Under the pieces are notes generated by a model that worked only from the letters and a program-made list of their open reading frames with translations, did no database searches and was not told the DNA's origin. A stretch of DNA of 64,000 bases from NCBI RefSeq assembly GCF_009914755.1, contig NC_060936.1. One strand, given 5' to 3'. The translations under genes were made by a program, and so were the position numbers. Origin of the DNA: the human T2T-CHM13v2.0 reference genome, Homo sapiens. Position 1 is the first letter of the stretch, and each line of letters begins with the position of its first letter. Shown here one piece after another: positions 14,264 through 27,920 of this stretch.

Positions 14264-16844
14264 CCCACTTTCTTACACTGTATCTTTCTAAAGAATAAGT
14301 CTGAACAAAGTAGTGACTATTTTAAACCAATAGTATACATTTACTAAATTCTTAGCCTGCCTTTCAAAATTACATTCAGATTTTTCCACCATTTTCTTTT
14401 TAGTGCATCTTAAGTACAGGTCATCCGTGCGCCCGTCTTTTTTCTGAGCAAATCACCTGTGTACTTTCACATTCTTAGCATCTGCCAGGGGTGTTCCATA
14501 TACCTGGCATGATCCTCCAGCCCCCACTACCCGACCTACTTTATTTCTTCCTGGTAAAACCCTCTTCAACCTTCAAGCCACACGTTATGCAGCCTTTCCT
14601 CGCACTGAGAAACAGATACTTTAAGGGTTATGATATTTATTATATTGTAATTATTTACATGTTTTGTTTCCCTCTAGAGAATGAGAGTTCCTCCAAGGTG
14701 GAGACTCATTCAGCTTTTCGTCTCTCTTACATAACCTGTGCCTGGCAGGTTGTAGGTACCCAGTGATTATTGAATTAGTTAATATACGCAATATGGATTT
14801 GCTTGTCAGAGCATGAGTATCCATGGCTTTCTGAAGTCCTTCAACCTTTGCTTGTGCTACTTCCTCTATTTTGGTCCTCTTCAATAGGCGAGGTGATTAT
14901 GATCTACCTCTAATGGGTCACAGTGACCCCAAAGGCAAAGCAATATATTGATCTCCCTTAAAAGGATGTATGCCACGAAATAAGTGTTTTTATCTTCTCA
15001 TCCATATTCACATTTATACTTTAAGTGCAATGTCCTGAGTGAGACAAACCTTCACACTAATCTGTGTAATTAAAAATATTGAAATCTCATTGCTTGGCAA
15101 CCACTCTAGACCTTTGGACACATTTTCTGGCGCTGTTAAGGGGGCTCAGGCTGCAATTGAGATATAGATTACCTATTTAAAGGAATCATATTTTTCCCCT
15201 TTGAAATGTCTGTCCTTTATCTCCTTTTGATGGATTTTCTAATTTATTAGGCTTTGCTTTTTTGGGAAGTAAATTATACCTGTTGACACAGTTGCATCCT
15301 CATGCAAAAACAAAGATGATATCATTAATATTTTATGGCTTAATCATTAAATGTGAAAGGGTGAAATGCTTGTATTGCAATTGAAATGAATCTTGAATTG
15401 ACCAGGTCTTTCTCTGTGGGAATAAAAAGAGAATAGGTATGAACTTTAATAAAAAATGGTGTTTAACTCTACATTTAGCAGAGGTCTTCTAAGTAATTTT
15501 GCCATCAGTTTTCTTCCCACAAATTCTCCCATTACATAAATAATCTGCTATTATGTTGATAGACTCATCTTTCTGAAATATAGACATGTTCATATAATTC
15601 ATAGTTTGAAGTGTCTGATGTCTCCTCTTGCCTTTAAAGAATACCCTGAACTCTTAAACTTCACGTATAAGGTTCCATCTGTCTTGACCCCAATCTACCT
15701 AGGATTTCTCCTCATCCCTGGTAATCTATACATACCTTAAAACCCAATTCAAGCATTACATGCTTTCTTTAGCTCAGTTTTCACTGATGCCCCAGCCTCT
15801 TAGGGAAGAATTCATTGTTTCCGTATTTGTGAATTATAGCACCTACCCATTCATATGTGGAGGAATAAAATGTAGAGAGTAAGAGTAAGTGTTTCAAAGG
15901 CAGACCTTCTGGCTGTTTGCATTCTGTCTGTGGGACCTTCAGAGGATTCCACGGAGTAAAAGCACTCTATGTGTCCCAGTTCTATCATTTATGAGAGAGG
16001 GGAAATAATACTGCTCCAGAAGGTTATTTTGAGGATTTTTAAAATAATGCATGAACAGTACTTAGTACATGCCTGGTACACAGTAAGGACTCAACCACTA
16101 ATAAAAAAAATGTTTTGTGTGCTTACATTTTGTTTTGATATGCTTACATATTTTTCTTCCCTATTAAAATGAGATGGCCAGAATTCTGTCTTCGTTGTAC
16201 AGGCAGCATCCAACAGCTCTCAGCATATAATATTGGATATGTGATTATTAATATATGTAAAGGGTAACATATTGGTCAAAACATTAATTATTTGGAGAAT
16301 TATTCGATTAATAAAATATGTTTTATACATATTAATGCTGAAATCTCTGCTCAAGTGTTTTAAGAGGGGATTTACTCACAGAAAATAAAGGAAAATGAAA
16401 GCTACTAGGTGAACTATAGTTTAAAATAACAAATCCAAAAATGTTAGATATTGCATCTCTTCAGTGGAGTATTATGCCTGGAGCCAATTTTGAAATAAAA
16501 ACAATGTAAGTACTTACAAAATCTCCATTTGGTTCAGACTCTGCAGGTGGAACTAATGTAAGTGGAAAGATTCCTAAATAATTCCAAAGTCACTATGAAT
16601 AGGAATAATGATCATCATACATATACTTATCACTTCTATTAGAAATAAGCCATGCTTATACATATTGTTTAATATAGCCAAAATATCTTACACATAAAGA
16701 AGTTAGTTATAATTCCCTACTCTATTCCTCAATATTTTTAACAGTGCTTCTCAAATTTAAATAGGGATGACAAGACTGATGTTTATCAGGTTTTCCTCAA
16801 GGAGATCCTTTACTGTGAGGTGTGTGTGTGTGTGTGCATAGAGG

Positions 16845-17860
16845 TATTATTGAAATATGATTCACATACCATGTGATTTATCCACTTAAAGTATACAATT
16901 CATTGTTTTTTAGTATATTCACAAAGTTATGGAGCTATCGCCACTAATCCAGAACATTTTCATCATGTCCCCTAAAACACCTATGCCTGTTAACAGCCAC
17001 TTCTCATTTCACCTACCTCTCTACTACTTCCAGGCTTAATCAATGACTAATCTATTTTCTATCTTTATAGATTTGCCTATTCCAGACTTTTCTTATAAAA
17101 GTAATCAAAATATTTGCAGTCTTTTGTAATTACCATCTTTCACTTATCATAATGTTTTGAAGGTTTATCCATGGTGAAGTATGTATCAGTACTACTTCAT
17201 TTCTTTTTGTTGCCAAATAATATTCCATTGTATGGATATACCATTTTTGTTTATCCATTGATTAGTTAGTAGACATTTTAGTTGTTTTTGCTTTTTGGCT
17301 ATTATGAATAATGCTGCTATGAACATTTGTGTTCAAATTTTTGTGTGGATATTTGTTTTCATTTCTCTGGAATATACATCTAGAAGTGAAATTGCTGGAT
17401 CATATGGTAAATCCTTGTTTATAAGTTTGAGAAACTGTCAAATGGTTTTCCAAAGTGAATGCATCACTTTGCATTTCCACTAGCAAATTATAAAGGTCCT
17501 CATTTCTCCACATCCTCAACAACACTTGTTATTTTCTATGTGTGTGTTTTAAAAATGGTTTTTATAGCCATACTGATGGGTATAAGATGGTATCTCACTG
17601 TGGTCTTGATTTGCATGTCCACAGTAGCTAATGTTGAGCATCTTCTCATGTACTTGATGACCATTTGTATGTCTTCTTTGGAGAAATGTCTATTTAATCC
17701 TGTGCCCATTTTTCAGTTAGATTATTTTCTTTTCATTATTGAAGTTTAAGAGTTCTGTATTTCATATACAAGCTTTCTGGTATAAGTCTCATATCAGATT
17801 TATGATTTGACAATATTTTCTCTCAGTCCTTGTATTGTCTTTTCACTTTCTTAATGCCAT
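16845..17860 (-). mobile_element. Old L1 (L1MB-like) 3' end fragment
   Basis: Typical antisense L1M motifs: TTAAAGTATACAATTCA, ATATTCCATTGTATGGATATACCA, GCTATTATGAATAATGCTGCTATGAACATT, TCTTCTTTGGAGAAATGTCTATT. Confidence 0.85.
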
Positions 17861-18689
17861 TGTTGTGTGTGCTTATTTTTAAAACAAAATCTGATGACAG
17901 ATTATTCTAAAGGCTAGATTTTAAGGTTGATATTTGTTTTCATGATGCATCTACTATTATTTATTTTCGTATTTTCTGAAATTATTAGTTTTTTAATTAC
18001 AGCTATAACATTTTGAACAATAAAATTCTTAATTTTAGTGTTTTCCAAACCGTGCTCTGTGGTACACAAGATGCTCCATGACTAAGGTAGATTGAGAGAT
18101 GTTGTTTGCTTTATTTCTTACTCTGAGCACACAATATTAAAGGCCATATGATATTCTATTTTAAAAATAACATGTCTAGCCCAGCATTTCCAAAAGCCGT
18201 TTTAATCTTTTTCCCTGAAACAGCTATTAAACCCAAGTTCTGTAATATATACTTCAGAAATATTGTTTTAATCTATTCTCTGAACTAGTTTTACCTGGCT
18301 TGTAGGACTATCTGCCTTTGTTCTTAAAAAAAAAAAAAAAACTTGTGAGAGTCTTTTTAAAATTCTATAGTCAGATCTATGACAACAAAAGAGACTGAGA
18401 CATCCACAAGTTATTTCTACCATGTTTGTTTAACTCAGGAGATTGAATTTGATGTGTTATATACATGGTATGAACCAAACGCATAATAGAAATTGGGTCT
18501 TCTCTACCAATCAGATAGTTAGAAAGATATGCTTTTACTTCAGAGAAAATTCAAAGTCAGCTAAAGTGTGTAGGTCTGTTTCTTTTCAATTTCCAGGGCC
18601 TTTTCCATTATGTATTTGCTGCCTACCATTATTGCTACTATTCCATGAAAAATCGCACTCTGTGTGTGTGTGTTTAGATTTGTATATGT

Positions 18690-19097
18690 CTGCTCAAATA
18701 GAGCTTAATGGTGACATTTTTATGGCTTCAGGATGTTGGGGTGGAGGGAATTATCTTCCCCTCATGGTCGCTTTGTGTCAGATGATCATTGCTTCATCTC
18801 TAGAATCCTATATTGCTTCTGGACAGGGAAAATAGGAAGGCAGAAAGGCAAAAGAGACAAGCTAGCTGAGTTTTCCCCTTTTTAAAGACTTTCCTTAGAA
18901 GCTTCACACAGTGACTTCTGCCCGTATCTCATTAACCAGGACTGTGTTCCATGATCTCCTGATCTGTAAGGGAGTTAAGGTTGGGGGAAATAGTTTCCTA
19001 GCTGGACCCATTGCCATCTCTATGAGAACCAGGGTTCTGTGAATAAGGAAGAAGAATACGACGTATTATAGGATGGACAACTAGCATTTTTGTCACA
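18690..19097 (-). mobile_element. MLT1K/MLT1J-like MaLR LTR relic
   Basis: Reverse complement begins TGTGACAAAAATGCTAGTTGTCC...TTCTTCCTTATTCACAGAACCC...GGCAATGGGTCCAGCTAGG, similar to recalled MLT1K. Left boundary approximate. Confidence 0.65.
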
Positions 19098-19194
19098 CAA
19101 GGCATGGGATGACAGAAAATTCTGAGAGTGAAGAGCTAAAAATTCTTTACTACTTGTGTATTCAACAGTAGAATTTTAAAAATCAACTCCTTAT

Positions 19195-19419
19195 TGTAGC
19201 CTAAACCACCTGGGTTCAAGCAATCCTCCTGCCTCAGCCTCCCAAATAGCTGGGACTATAGGTGTGTGTCATCAGGCCTGGCTAATTTCTAAAATTTTTT
19301 GTAGACGTGAGATCCCACTACATTGTCCGGGCTGGTCTTGAACTCCTGGACTCAAGCGATCCTCTGGCTTTGGCTTCCCAAAATGTTGAGATTACAAGTG
19401 TGAACCACCACACCTAGCC
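19195..19419 (-). mobile_element. AluJ fragment lacking 3' end
   Basis: TCAAGCAATCCTCCTGCCTCAGCCTCCC...GAACTCCTGGACTCAAGCGATCCTC; highly diverged. Confidence 0.85.
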
Positions 19420-19586
19420 TTATTTTTTTTTTTTCCTGGACAACACCAATCAGTTATTCTTTTTAAAAAGCATGTATTGAATCCCTTAACACGTGCCAAT
19501 TATATTCCACATAGCAAATAAGATCCATAAGGTTTCTGCTATCCTGAAACTTACTTTCTAAAATGGAAGATAGACAAAAGCAAGTA

Positions 19587-19924
19587 CCGGTTGAGAATCC
19601 CTTATCTAAAAGGGACCAAAACTATTTGGAGTTTGGAATTTTTCAGATGTTCAAATATTTGCATATACATAATGAAATGTCTTGGGGATGGGACCCACGT
19701 CTAAAACACAAAATTTATTTATGTTTTATGTCTACCTTATACACATAGCCTAAAGGTAATTTTATACATTTTTTAAATTTTCTTTATAAAACAAAGTTTG
19801 TGTACATTGAACCATCAGAAAGCCAAGATGCCACTATCTTAGCCACCCATATGGGCATCCTGTGGCAAAAAAAGTTTCAGATCTTGGAGCATTTTGGATT
19901 TTTGGACTAAGGATGCTCGAACTG
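19587..19924. mobile_element. Tigger4/MER46-like Tc1-mariner non-autonomous element
   Basis: Imperfect TIRs CCGGTTGAGAATCCCT / AAGGATGCTCGAACTG, each flanked by TA (19585-86, 19925-26). Confidence 0.75.
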
Positions 19925-21142
19925 TAATGAAATAATTACACAAGGTTATTTCAGATTGCAGTAAATGCAGGAAACACACTTGGTCATATGCTGAAGAGTG
20001 ACAAGAGAAGATGAGGGTAAGACTGGCCACTTTTGTTCACTTAATAAAACCCAGCACCTAATACCATGCTTGGTGCAGGATAGGTGCTCAGTAAACGTTT
20101 GTGTTGGATGAATGGATAGATGGATGGATGGATGATCAGTCACAGAAAGTGTCCTGAGGAAGTGTTATTTGAAGTGACACCCGAAGAATGAAAATGAGCT
20201 GACAATGCTAAGAAAATGGGAAAATGTATTCTAGGCAAGATGAACGGCATCCAAACCTTTAGGTTATATCAGTGAAATCAAATTTAATTCTAAAACAAAT
20301 GAGAAGCCATTGAAAGGTGTTACATTGATTATCTCATCTGGGCTTCACAAAAATTACGTGAAGTAGGTAGTCTTATTATTTCCATTTTGCAAATGAGGAA
20401 ACTTAACCTAGAAATTATAAAATATCCAGATTCACAGAGCTGGTAAGAATGAAATTGGGATTTGATTATAAGAAATTCAGCTCGAGTCCACCCTTAACCA
20501 CTGTGCAATGTTGTAAACTATAAAAGTAAACTGTAACAGGACTAGATTGTTTAAACAGCAAGTAAAAGCCTGAAAAGAAGATATCTGCCAATTTAATGGA
20601 TTCAATTTTTAACCACATTGTCTATTAGTGACTCTTATGAATTGAATACATAGCACAGTTTCTCAGAGCCTCCACTGACCATCTTTCTCTTTCAAAGTAA
20701 AAATTGTCTTTGTATATTACATTATGGACTGGATTATTATAAAAGATCTAGTTTCTGGTTCTAATGAACGCTGAAATATGGAATTGCTAAAAAGTAAATT
20801 TAGTTAGAATAACAATAGCTTGATAGAGGAAAATCATTACAAACTCAAGCGGAGAATTCCAGTTTAGCTATGCCCTTGAAGTTGTTATTATACTTTGCAT
20901 ATAATTTATTGATTCTGAAAAGTTGGATTTGCCATCTTCTGAGAATATTATCTTGGGCATATGGGGCACACCCTGCAACCAGAAACAGCACAGGAATAGT
21001 CATTCCTTCATGACAACTTCTACGAAAGTGTAAATTGAGGCTAACAGGAAAATCACCCTATTACTCCTGTAAAGTGACGATAGCTTTCAGTTTTCAAATG
21101 CGACTTTCTGATCATGTTTGAATGTGTTTCTGTTCATGTTTA

Positions 21143-21199
21143 TGGAGAAATTTAAGAATTAGAATTGTGATTCTTAATTCTAATTCTTAAATTTCTCCA
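21143..21199. repeat. Perfect 24-bp inverted repeat, 9-nt spacer
   Basis: TGGAGAAATTTAAGAATTAGAATT (21143-21166) and its exact reverse complement (21176-21199). Confidence 0.95.
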
Positions 21200-21548
21200 C
21201 AAGTAATAGGAAACTAAAGAATTTTTCTGTGGTAATTTCATTAGGAAAACTTTGGCTAGGACATGGTGATAATGTGCAGATATTTTGTTTGCCATGTCAC
21301 ATTCTTCCCCTTCTTTTCTGGAATGCAATCAATGGTGAAACATGTTTTACGGTAAAACATTTAATACTCCAAATTGTGAATAAAGCAAAGAGAATGTGTT
21401 TAATATATTTTTTAAATCATATACTTTCTTTAAGACCCTCTCACTCCTAACATAAGCTAGAGTTTTCCGTTTCAATATATAATCAAAAAACCAAGTATCC
21501 TATTAAGTGTATATTATTGACTCAAATTGACAAGGACATTGGTAACTT

Positions 21549-21550
<2 letters not shown>

Positions 21551-21581
<31 letters not shown>

Positions 21582-21870
21582 AGACAGGGTCTCCCTCTGT
21601 TATCCAGGCTGGAGTGCAGTAGTGCAATCGTAGCTCACTATAGCCTCGAACTCCTGGGCTCAAGCAATCCTCTTGCCTCAGCATCTAGAATAGCTAGGAC
21701 TACCAGGTGCACAACACCACACCTGGCTAATTTTTAAAATATTTTTTGTAGAGACTGAGGTCTCACTATGTTGCCCAGGATTGTCTCAAACTGCTGGCCT
21801 CCTCAACTGATCCTCTCACCTCAGTCTCTCAAAGTGCTGGGATTACAGGCACAAGCCACCATACCTACCC
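21551..21870 (-). mobile_element. AluJo-like element with 30-nt poly-T
   Basis: GAGACAGGGTCTC...TAGCTCACTATAGCCTCGAACTCCTGGGCTCAAGCAATCCTC, J-type diagnostics. Confidence 0.9.
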
Positions 21871-22899
21871 CTCTATTTATTTAGTTTTTGCCTTCAATCA
21901 AGGATACAGTACATCGCATTTGCTTGAAATAGAAAAAAAGAATGAGCAAGTCTCTCGGTTCTTGTACTTGTGGTAGGAATAGAGACAGAGAAGTACCTGG
22001 TTAATTATTTCTGCACCTGCAATTCTAACGACCTCAGTTAACTACAGTTTTAGGTCATACTTTACTCTTCCTTTTTTTCTATTTCTTCCTTTTTCCTTGC
22101 CACATCATCTATTCCACTTTATTTTCTTTTATTCCTAAATAGAGGTCTGCATAATATATCACTAAGAGGAATACATTTGCAATAAAACTTTTTTCTGCAA
22201 AAAAAGCATTGGTTTTATTGTAAACAAACCTCTGAAATTACTTTCAACATATCAAATGGGTCATGGACCCGTGAAGAATTGAGGGGGAAGGTCAAATTTA
22301 GGGGCAGAGATGTACTGTAAACTTAGTCAAAAGAATATCTTCAAGTCTTATAATAAATTACTTTCTTCAGCATTTAAGAACTTGAACACAAAATGCACAT
22401 GTCTTGTTAAAATCTAATTGAAAGTGGAACTAAAGTAATTTTTGGCACAAATCGGCTTTAGAGGACAAATAAGAAAGCCAAGGGTCGCGTAGTGGGGCTA
22501 GTATATATTGTAGTCCGTCTATGCTTTTCTCAACAACCTCCCAAAGTCTAGCTGATTGGGGAGTAAGAAATAAGTAGCAGGGAAAATGTTTGGAAATTTG
22601 TCTTTTGCTGAAGGTTTCTTGGCACTTATGAAAACTTCATTGAATGAAATAAGACTTTAAAAATTTTGTAAAAGACTTTTTGGAAAAAGGTAACTTTCAC
22701 ATTAAAATTATATAAAAACCAATTCAGTATTTTTCTCATTTATAAGACTTAAAAATGAATTCAATGTTTTAAGTCACACCAATTACTGAGATATATTTTT
22801 TAAAATTACCTATTTATCAATTTTAAAGACCATTTCTAAAAAAGGAGTTTAAGTAGAGAATATTCCTTTGAGTTAGATAGTTTTTGGTATACGTAACAG

Positions 22900-22902
<3 letters not shown>

Positions 22903-22934
<32 letters not shown>
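22903..22934. repeat. (AC)16 microsatellite
   Basis: Direct reading. Confidence 0.95.
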
Positions 22935-22940
<6 letters not shown>

Positions 22941-25900
22941 TTTTAATTTTCTTGGACTTATATATTTTAGGCCCATAAATGTAAACCATTTGGATATCAA
23001 AGCAATGTTTATGTTTTTCAGCACGTAATTTTAATGCTACAGTCTGAGAAATTGTATGTTGTTTAAATGCAATACATCACAATGTTTGATAAATAAAAAT
23101 AAAAACCGTTAAACCTATCCAAATGCAAGAACTCATAAATATTGTTGAGTTAAAGCTTTTGATGCAGCTGAGGCTATGTCTGGATTTTATTATTTTCCCT
23201 AGGATTTCCAATTTTTTCTAAGAAAGGAGATCAATTTTATAGATTAGTCTCCTGAAGTTGTGCCAGTGGGTTCGTCTGAGTTTTAATAATTTTCTGTAGA
23301 AAATAGCCTTGAATGTGTCTTTTCACGGGGCATGGTATGAATGAAACCTAAATATATAGGGAAACAGAGATATTAGCATGATCCAGTCATAAAACAACAG
23401 GTGAAGAGCTAGAAATAATAAATGAGGCCTTTATTTTATTTTTTATTTCCTACTCATTTACTCAAATTGACATAAATAATGCAAGAGGTAGTTTGACAAA
23501 CTGTACAATACAGATTTATAGTCACATTAATTGGTGCTTAGGGGTTTGGGTTTCACCTGAAGTTAAGTTCATATAGTTAATAAAGTCATAATGCCTTGTT
23601 TAAATATTTCATGAGAAAATTGCATTTTGTTTTGTCTACTCAGAACCTAAAATCTGTTTTATTGTGGTTATTTTATAAATATTTGCATGGAATTTTTGGA
23701 GTAAGTTTATTTGGTTTGTTTGTTTTTTTTTTAAACAGGCCTAACTATCAATTGCATTGGAAATTTGATTGTGTTTCCAACTAACAAATAATAATACACC
23801 TGGAAGTGCAAGTCCTTTCCATATTGAACAGACTCTCTCTAGCTTTTCCTTAGCTGATCTTTTCAAACGTTTGCTATTTGGGCCTCTCTGGCCCCAAAGA
23901 GTAGCCTTTTGCTACTCTTTACGCTTGAGGAAGATTAAGCTATCCCAGGCCTCTCATAACCAAGGGGATCCATTAATATTAAAATTTAGATTTTTCCACT
24001 GTTAATGCAGAAAACCATTGATTCAGTAGACTTCATGGTCATGCACATGCGTTACATGTTACTCTGAGTAATGCTGCATGAAGTTTTAATTACAGATTGA
24101 TCAAATTCTATAAATTGTGTTTTGGCGTGGCCAAGGAATGGGTTTTTCCTATTCTAGTTTAATAGAAAGTCATAATATATATCATGTGAATTTTACGTTT
24201 CTCAATGAATTAGATTGCAACAATGCCTAAGTTTGATTATATACTTATTAATAGTGATAACAATTATAGCTCACATTTAGTAAGTCCTTACTATGTACCA
24301 GGTATATAAGGCTTTTTAAACCTAATGATTCATTTAATGCTTACAAAACCATACAAATTGGATGCTATTATTAGCTAAGTCATGGAGACATGAAACTGAG
24401 GCACAAAGACATTATATAACTTGTCAAGATCAAGTATCTGGTAAGACTGAATATCAAGTCAGAATTGGGATTTGAACCAGTCTGGACTCTAGAGCTAACA
24501 TGCATAACATATAGCCTACACTTTTTAATTATTCAGAAGGTACTTCAAGACTCCTGTGGTGCCTTTGGGTTGGCAGTTTCAGTATTTTTTATGCTTACAT
24601 AGAGCATAAGATATATAAATATAAAACATTATATATAATATATATTCAAATATATATTTTATATGTGTATATATATTTCCCTAATAAATATTGAAAGAAT
24701 GCACACATGAATGAGTGGATGGGTGAATACAGAAATGAAAAATTTGTATTGAGATGTGCTAATAGAGAATTTGGTATAACTAAACATCTGATATATAATT
24801 TATATTTTGAGGTAACTCTTTAGCCAACATTTTAAAATATGATTAATTTATAGTACTTACGAAGGATTTTCAGAGACATTACATTTTTCTGTTATTTCAC
24901 TGTTTTAAACAAGATGGAGATTAGAGGGTGGAAAATGGATTCTGGAGAAATAAACCCATCATATTAACTATAACCATGAGTTCCTTGAAGACAAATCAAA
25001 TCTGATGTCTTTTCTTTTTCCTTATGAATATACTTCAGTACGAAGGACCTGATACTTAGTTTGGACCCAGTAATTATTTATTGTTGTAAGTAGCACAGTA
25101 AGAATAAAAACGTTTATGATTTGCAACCAGCCAACCTATATTTTAATCCATATTTAACCACTGGCTGGGTTATGTTACATTTCTCCTCTCTTAACTCATT
25201 TCCATATCCATAAAATATGGAGCATATGCCTCTATGGTTTCTTGGTGATGAAATTATGTATTAAAAATTATAAAACTGTAAAAAATATATCTCAAAATGT
25301 GTTTGTGTTCCATGGAAAACTGTAAATCTCTCTTGAAACAAAAAAGTTTCTATAATCACATACTTCTAGAAATATTTCATCTGAGTTCCTTTAAAACTTC
25401 CTCAAGCTTTAACATGCTAACAGGTACTGGGACTATCCAAGGAGGGATGATATTTTGCAGAATTTCACAAGCTTATTTTACTTTATTACCATTTTTCATA
25501 AAATACCTCACAGGAAAACTTAAGCATGAGACTGATGTGATTACATTATTATTAATAGTCTCCAAAATTCAAATTAGCAATAGAAGTTGTAAAAATTTCA
25601 AGTAATCAGGATAAACCAGATGTATTAAATGAAAATAATGGAAGCTTTGTAAGATTAGTGGCAGCATATAGGTTTAGAGGAATTATTATCATTGTGATAA
25701 CAGGGACAGATACAGAATTATGGAAACATTCTAAAGCAGTATATAGGAAGATCATTATCAGAAATAGATAGAGAAATTGTAGTAGAGAGGCTAGAATTTC
25801 AAACTCCAGAATATCTGAATTTGCCTCTATCTGAAGCCTTCTCATTCCCAGTGCTTATGAAATTTACACTGGCTGCTATATTGAAATGCTAAGAATCAGA

Positions 25901-26240
25901 ATCAGGGATTTAGTATCAATCAAGTGGATGGAATTTAGCTAGTTATCACCAACTGTGAAAGGAAAAATATCCGTTAAATTCAGTCACAATGCTATATATC
26001 AGGCTCTCAGTGATTTTTTAAAGGAGGGTCAATTTTAAGAATTCTAAGGAATCTCTTTGTTCCTGCTAATTTGTCTGAAGGTTTACGAGGAATACAGGAG
26101 AAAGCTAAATTGTTTGGGGAACAGTAAGAGATTTAGATTCTGAGAAAGATCCTGGAGGAAAAGCTGGGGCCAGTATGCTGAAAAAGACACAGTCCTCTTG
26201 CCCTACCCCAAGAGTAAAGGGCAAGAGGTAGTGGCTGCCA

Positions 26241-26272
<32 letters not shown>

Positions 26273-27489
26273 AACCTGAAAAAACAAAAAAGTTTTGTGG
26301 AGAGATATCGAATGGATATTTATATGGCTTTTTGCTGTATTTTGTATAATGTAATGATGTCCTCTTGTCTCCCCATGAAATCGTCAGTGAAATCAACATC
26401 ACTTGCTAATACATTGTAGAGTGGGATTGATTTGAGGAGCGGGGAGATGTGATGAAGTAGCTGTAATAGAGGTATTGTGTTTATGAGACTGTGGCTGCTA
26501 GTCACATCTGTTTTACCCACACGAGGCTGATGTGGTCTTCTAGTTTGTAAATTATGATATGCAGGCGGTTCCTGCCAGCAGAGATTTAAAAAAAATTATG
26601 CAGGTGGGTAAGTCTTTTTCAGCACCACCTGTATTAGGTCTTTCTAGATCCCAAATCCCAGTATTGACGACTGGAGGGCTGATAAACAGTATATGGCAAC
26701 CCCAGGAATTCTGTTAGCTTCTTTGGCCTAAGCCCCGGACCAAATGCAGACTTCCACTCTTACTTTTCTGAAGAGTGCAAGGTAATTTTGACATTCTTAC
26801 TCCGTTAATAAGAAGAGACCCAGGAAAGGACCACCAAAAAAAAAAAAAGAACAATTTCCCAAAATGACTAGACAGGTGCTGAGACTGGCCTAAACTATCA
26901 GAGATCTTCCCAATCCAGAGCACTGACCTCTGCTAGAGCCTGCAGTCAGGGGAGACATACAGTTCAGGCTCATCTTCTCACATGGAATGCTGCAGAGAGC
27001 AAATATAGGTAGCATAGAAATTAAGGAAAAAGAGTATGCCAAGGAAAGAATCCAATCAAACATGCCCAGGTTAAAGAAGTGCTTTTAGTTTCTTATCAAA
27101 TCAAAAACCGTGTGCTCATCAGAGTAAATGTGGTTCTAAAAGGCAACCCCTGCTCTCATGCATTTTGTGACTCTTGAAAAACAAAACCCATATGTAAAGG
27201 GACAATAAAATTGTACTATTTAGTATGACTAATATAAGGGTGTCTTTGTGGCATGTGGTGCATATTCTATAAATTCTTGTTGTATTGAATGGAATTAAAT
27301 AAGAGTTTGGGGACAGAAGAATCCCTGGTGTATTAGTATTTCCCTAGATAATTTTTTCTTGTAATTTTGAATTAATGAAGCTAATAATTAACTTGTAGAC
27401 CAATTTTATACTAAAGGAAAATAGTAAATACCAAATATATAGCTATGATCACAAAGATCCAATCCCTTTTTAAATTTAACATAGAGATG

Positions 27490-27920
27490 CTTTGCTGCTC
27501 CTAAGGTACCATTCCTGCTCCCGCCTCAGAGCCTTTACATCTTCTATTTCCTCTGTCTGGCATGCATTTCCCCCAGGTTTGTGTGTCTGGCTCTTTATAC
27601 AATTATCTGATAAAATGTCACTTTTTTCAGAAAGGACTTTTTCGATCTACTGTACTTATATAAACTTACCTCTGCTTCCAGCCCCTACCATCCATTACCC
27701 CCACTTGTTCTCCCTTCGTTTATTCTATTCTAAGCTTCTTTATAGCTTTATCATCACCTGGTATACTATGTTTCTGTGTTTATCTTCTTCCTTCACTAAA
27801 ATATAATAGCCAGGAGGCAGAGATACATCTTGTTTTGTTCAATGGCATACAGTTTGTGCCTAGAACAGTGCTTTGCACATAATATGCATACAATACATAT
27901 TTACTTAATGAGTACATGAT
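27490..27920 (+). mobile_element. L2 3' end relic
   Basis: AGAGCCTTTACATC...TTCCTCTGTCTGGCATGC...GTGCCTAGAACAGTGCTTTGCACATAA...ATATTTACTTAATGA, an L2 terminal motif. Confidence 0.6.
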
